Shown here one piece after another: positions 59,010-64,000 of a stretch of DNA of 64,000 bases. A program made the position numbers and the translations under genes. Source of the stretch: the human T2T-CHM13v2.0 reference genome, Homo sapiens; the NCBI RefSeq assembly GCF_009914755.1, contig NC_060937.1. The stretch is one strand, 5' to 3'. The notes beneath the pieces were generated by a model. The model was not told where the DNA came from and did no database searches. It was given only the letters and a program-made list of their open reading frames with translations. Positions within the stretch are counted from its first letter, which is position 1. Each line of letters opens with the position of its first letter.

Positions 59010-60915
59010 GCAAGAAGAAGAAATAAAAGCGTATAGATTGGAAAGGAAGAAATAAAATTGTCTTAATTCACAGAGAACATGATTATTTATGTATGAAGAA
59101 CCTAAAGAAAACCTACTGGGACTAATAAATGATTTTAAGAAGTCTGTAGGATACAAGAGAAATAAAATCAGTATATTCTAGTTATGAACAATTAGAAATT
59201 GAACAATTTACAGTAACACTGAAAAACAAAATACTTAGCACTAAAGCTGACAAAATATGTGCAATATTTTAATACTGAAAATTACTAAATCCTGAGAGAA
59301 ATCAAAGAAGACCCAAATAGTGAAGAGAAATAACTGTAGATTGAATGACTCGCTGTTAACAACAAGAGGTCAGTTGTCCCCAAATTGATCTATGTAGATT
59401 AAACTGTAATCTCAATAATAATAAACCCAATTAAAATCTCTGTACCTTTTCTGTAGAAATCAACAAGCTGATTCCAAAATTTATATGGAAAATCAAAGGA
59501 ACTAGAATAACCAACATAATTTTGTAAAAGAAGAATAAAATTAGAAGAGTAGCATGGCCTGATTTCAGGACTTACTATAAAGTTGTATAGTGATCAAGGC
59601 AGTGTAGTATTGGCAGAAGGATGAATATAAAAACCAGTTGAACAGAATAGAGAATCTAGAAATCTAGAAATAGACTAACACATATAGGGTCAATTGATTT
59701 TCAACAATGATTCTAAGTTAATTCAATGGATAGAAGATAATGTTTCCAATAAATGGTGCTGAACAATTGGATATCCACCTGCAAAATACTGAACCTCAGC
59801 CTATAATTTGCACTATAAACAAAAATTAACTCAAAATGGATCATAAACCTAAAGGTAAAATCTGATACTATAAATCTTCCAGAAGAAAAGAATATTTTCA
59901 TGACCTTCAGGTGGGAAAAAATTTCTAGGACATAAAAGTCATAAACTATACAAGAAAAAAGTTGATAAATTGAACATCATCAAAATTAAAAATGTCTGTA
60001 CTTCAAAAAACAGTTAAAGTGGAGAGCCACAGACTGGGAGAAAATATTTACAAAACTCATATCTGACAAATGACTTCCATCTGAATATATAGAGAATTCC
60101 CACATTTCAATAATAAGAAAATAACCCAATTTTTTAAATGGGCAGAAGGATCAGCATCTTCACCAAAGAAGAGACACAAATGGCTAATAATCTCATGAAA
60201 AGACATTCAACCTCATTAGTCATTAAGGAAATTCAATTTAAAACCGAAACGAGATGTACTGGGGAAGATAAAGAGCAACTAGAACCTCATACTATTCTAG
60301 TGAGATTACAAAAAGGTACAACCACTTTAGAAAAATTTGGCAATTTCTTTTAAGATTAAACGTATACTTAACCATATGACTCAGCAATTCCATCCCAAGA
60401 TATTTTTCCTAGAGAAATCAAAACACATGCTCACAAACGTTTGTGCAAACATTTATAGCAGCCTCATTCAAAGTCACTAAAAATAAAAAAGCAACTCATG
60501 TCCAAACCCCGGTGAATGACTAAACAAATTGTGAATCATCAATACAATGGGTACTATTTAGCAATAAAAATGCACAAACTGCTGATACTTGCAATAACAT
60601 CTCAAAAGCATTGTGCTCAGTGAAAAAAGCAAGATATAAAGTCTATGTACTATTTGATTCAATTTATATCACATACTTGAAAAGGTGGAATGTGGAAATT
60701 AAACAATGTCTGTCAGGTGCTAGGGTTAGGAGAGAAGACTAACCGCAAAAACGCACAGGGGACTTTCTGGACATGGTGGAAATATTTTGGATCTTGATTC
60801 TGTTGATGGTTACCTGACTATGTATGTTTCTCTAAACTCAAACAACTGTACAACTAAAAGGAGAGACATTTAGTACATGTAATTTATATCTCAATAAACC
60901 TGATTTTTAAAAAAA
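59010..60915 (+). mobile_element. Old L1 (L1MC/ME-like) ORF2 remnant plus 3' UTR
   Basis: aaaaattaactcaaaatggatcataaacctaaa, ccacagactgggagaaaatatttacaaa, ctcaataaacctgatttt. Confidence 0.88.
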
Positions 60916-62674
60916 TAGAGTGGGGATTCTGGCTTACAAGAGATATTTGCCAGCAGCAGCTTTTCAGACATTTTCTTTCATTCTCACAATAGCCCTATAT
61001 GATTGATAGGTATTACTGTCCTCATTTTACAGAAAGGAAGCAGATACCTGGACATGGAAAAGTTAAGTAATTTTCCAAGGCCAGACAAATAAAAGGGAGA
61101 GTTGTGATGAACTATATGAAACTTAAAAAAACATAAATTATTTTTGAAGTTAACTTCAAAATGTGTGTACCAAACTATCCCATCTTATTTCTGCCCTTAC
61201 TGTTGTCCCGGGAAAAGGAAAACTTAGAGAACTGACAAGGATGATTGCTAAATTGGATAATCCACTGGCAAATAATTGAGGCTTGACCACATATGTCATC
61301 CCACAGTTATTATATTAGTACTACATCTGCTGAATTGACCATTTTATTTTCTTATCCACAACATTGCTGTGTCTTGAGAGACACACACAAGCCTAGAAAC
61401 ATCTCATAAAAGAACTATCAAAAGAGGGAACTAATGGGCTTCGATACACGGATTATTTTTTAAAGTAATATTCTTTCATTCTAGAAAATGGAGAAAGCAT
61501 ATAATTTAAGGCCAAAAAATCATAAAGTACACATTGAATTGCTTATATATGAGCCAGAGAAATATTTAGCAAATCCTGGTTGAATTATGATAACTCCTTA
61601 AAGCTTGAATAAATAATTTTAAAATAAATAGAAGTCTGTGTTACTTTATGTTATAAAATGTAATCGTGTTCTACTAAATAGGTGATTCAGGCAAACCAGA
61701 TTTAGATGCAAAGCTTCCCACTATACCTCAGTTTCCTCACCTGAAAAAATGAGAATACTTTACCCTGTAAAGTGGGAATACCTTCCTTATATGACTGTGT
61801 TAAGGATGAAAGTTAATGAGCAGTGCTGGATATATTTTAGGGACTCAATACATTGTAACTAAATTATTTTCATCAGTCCTAGTAATCGTCATTATTTTCT
61901 TCCATAAGTAGTAGTATACTTGGGGAACTTACTACTTCATGAGTTTTAAAAATATTGGTGTAAATGTTTCACACATGGCTGCTTAATGGAGTACAGATGT
62001 TTAGGTAACTTCTGACCTTTGAAGACGAGCACTAGGGAGAGCTGCTGTCTTACTAAGCCATCTTTCAGGGCCAAAGTTGTGCCATACCTGAGCCTAAGGA
62101 AGATCAATCTGGCCCACAATCACATTTCTTCTTACACACCCATGTGTTTTCATCAGTAACAGGTTCTGTGGCATTGAATTTTTAAAATTTCTTCTCAAAC
62201 TTGCTGGCCTTTGTAAATCAGAAGTCAGGACGTGCAGTTGAGAGCGGGTGATGTTCATTTTATGGTTCCCATTTGGAACCCTGGGTGTTTCCATTCAATC
62301 TTTGTGAGCTAACACATGTGGTGCCTCCCTTCTTCCAGGAGACGTATGAGCCCTTGTTTACCTCAGTTTACCTTAGTTGCATCCAGAGGATGAGGCATAT
62401 CTTTTAGAGATACACTCAGCATTCCCCTCAACAGAATATAGTACATGACCATCTCAAACATGCCCTCCACAGTCGGTGAAATCTCCCCTGTTGTTTTCTT
62501 ATAATGCAACAAGAAAAAACAGTGACAGAAACTTAATTTTCATAAGATTGCTCTACACTCTTGTGGCTTTTAAATTATTTTCTCATACTCATCTACATGC
62601 AATTCAGTCTTAACTATCTGAAAGACTTATGGATGTATTCCACTACAATAATTGGGCCTTTCCTTTTGTCATGA

Positions 62675-62899
<225 letters not shown>

Positions 62900-63526
62900 T
62901 AAGCCCTTAAAATGACCAGTAGATATTTATCTTTAGTGAGATGCAGTTTTTAAAAATCTTTATAGAAGTAGATGATAAGACATTCCAACATTAATTGTTT
63001 TGATTGATTCATGCTGTGTTTTGTTTTACTGCTCTTTAAACTTTTTAGAACTTCCTGGTAAATATTTTGGCATTTAAATGTTAGACTTTTATCTATGGTC
63101 TTTTTAAAGCCTCTAATAATGATTACTACGTTTTTCAGTAAGTCTCCAAGACATCTGTGTGCTTTGCTAAATAATCCTGTTCATCAATTCATTCATTCAT
63201 CTCCTTCTTTTTTCTTTAGTTAAATTTAAACATGTTAAATTTAGTTTAACATGTTTTAAACATGCCAAATCTCACAACACACATCAGGTTATTTTGTGGA
63301 TTTAGACTACATGAGATGATTTTCTAATTTAACTATCTTATCTAAAGAGATGTTTTTGGCATTTGTTCATTTCTTACCAAGTATCCAAATGTAGACACCT
63401 ACTACAAACTTTATTAAGATAGTTACTGGATTCTACAGACCTGAGAGAAACACACAAGGAAATTTTTTGCTTTGAAATATTTCTCTTTAGTTAGGCAATG
63501 TTTAAATGACTTTTAAAAGATGTAAT

Positions 63527-63820
<294 letters not shown>

Positions 63821-64000
63821 CAGATGTAATGCATGAGAAATAATCATGAATAATTATTTCACTAAGGTACAAATTTTAAATACAAAGGTATTTACTTTTC
63901 ATTTGTATAATTCGTATACACATTCGTCTTCCAGTGTGGGACATCAACACTGTAGTTAATGAGAACAATAAAAATAATATAGCTAAAATATGTTTTTCTT

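Overview
Human (primate) genomic DNA. An AluYb8-type element points to Homo sapiens. The window lies inside the FRY (furry homolog, MOR2/PAG1/Tao3 family scaffold) gene on the + strand. Thirteen GT-AG coding exons splice into one uninterrupted 1,381-nt reading frame (EKPLTKSLQRGEDPQFDQ...TEEEAKMI). By my recall of the canonical human FRY model these are exons 3-15, about aa 91-550. The rest is intron filled with Alu, L1, L2/MIR, MaLR LTR and MER5 relics; nearly all ORFs in the track are repeat-derived noise. No new protein-coding system is supported. The most unusual signals are structural and mostly record local templated DNA copying: (i) a ~265-bp non-Alu inverted duplication (4957-5225 / 5611-5876); (ii) an exact 41-nt copy of its left arm inside a nearby (TA)n microsatellite; (iii) two inverted templated insertions inside one MLT1 LTR; (iv) an AT-rich palindrome; (v) a twin-primed 5'-inverted L1 with TSD; (vi) a TSD-flanked ~106-bp retrocopy of a MER21-like LTR poly(A) end; (vii) inverted Alus bracketing exons 5-7, whose 252-nt circle would be a stop-free ORF. 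Repeat subfamily names and repeat boundaries were recognised by eye and are approximate.
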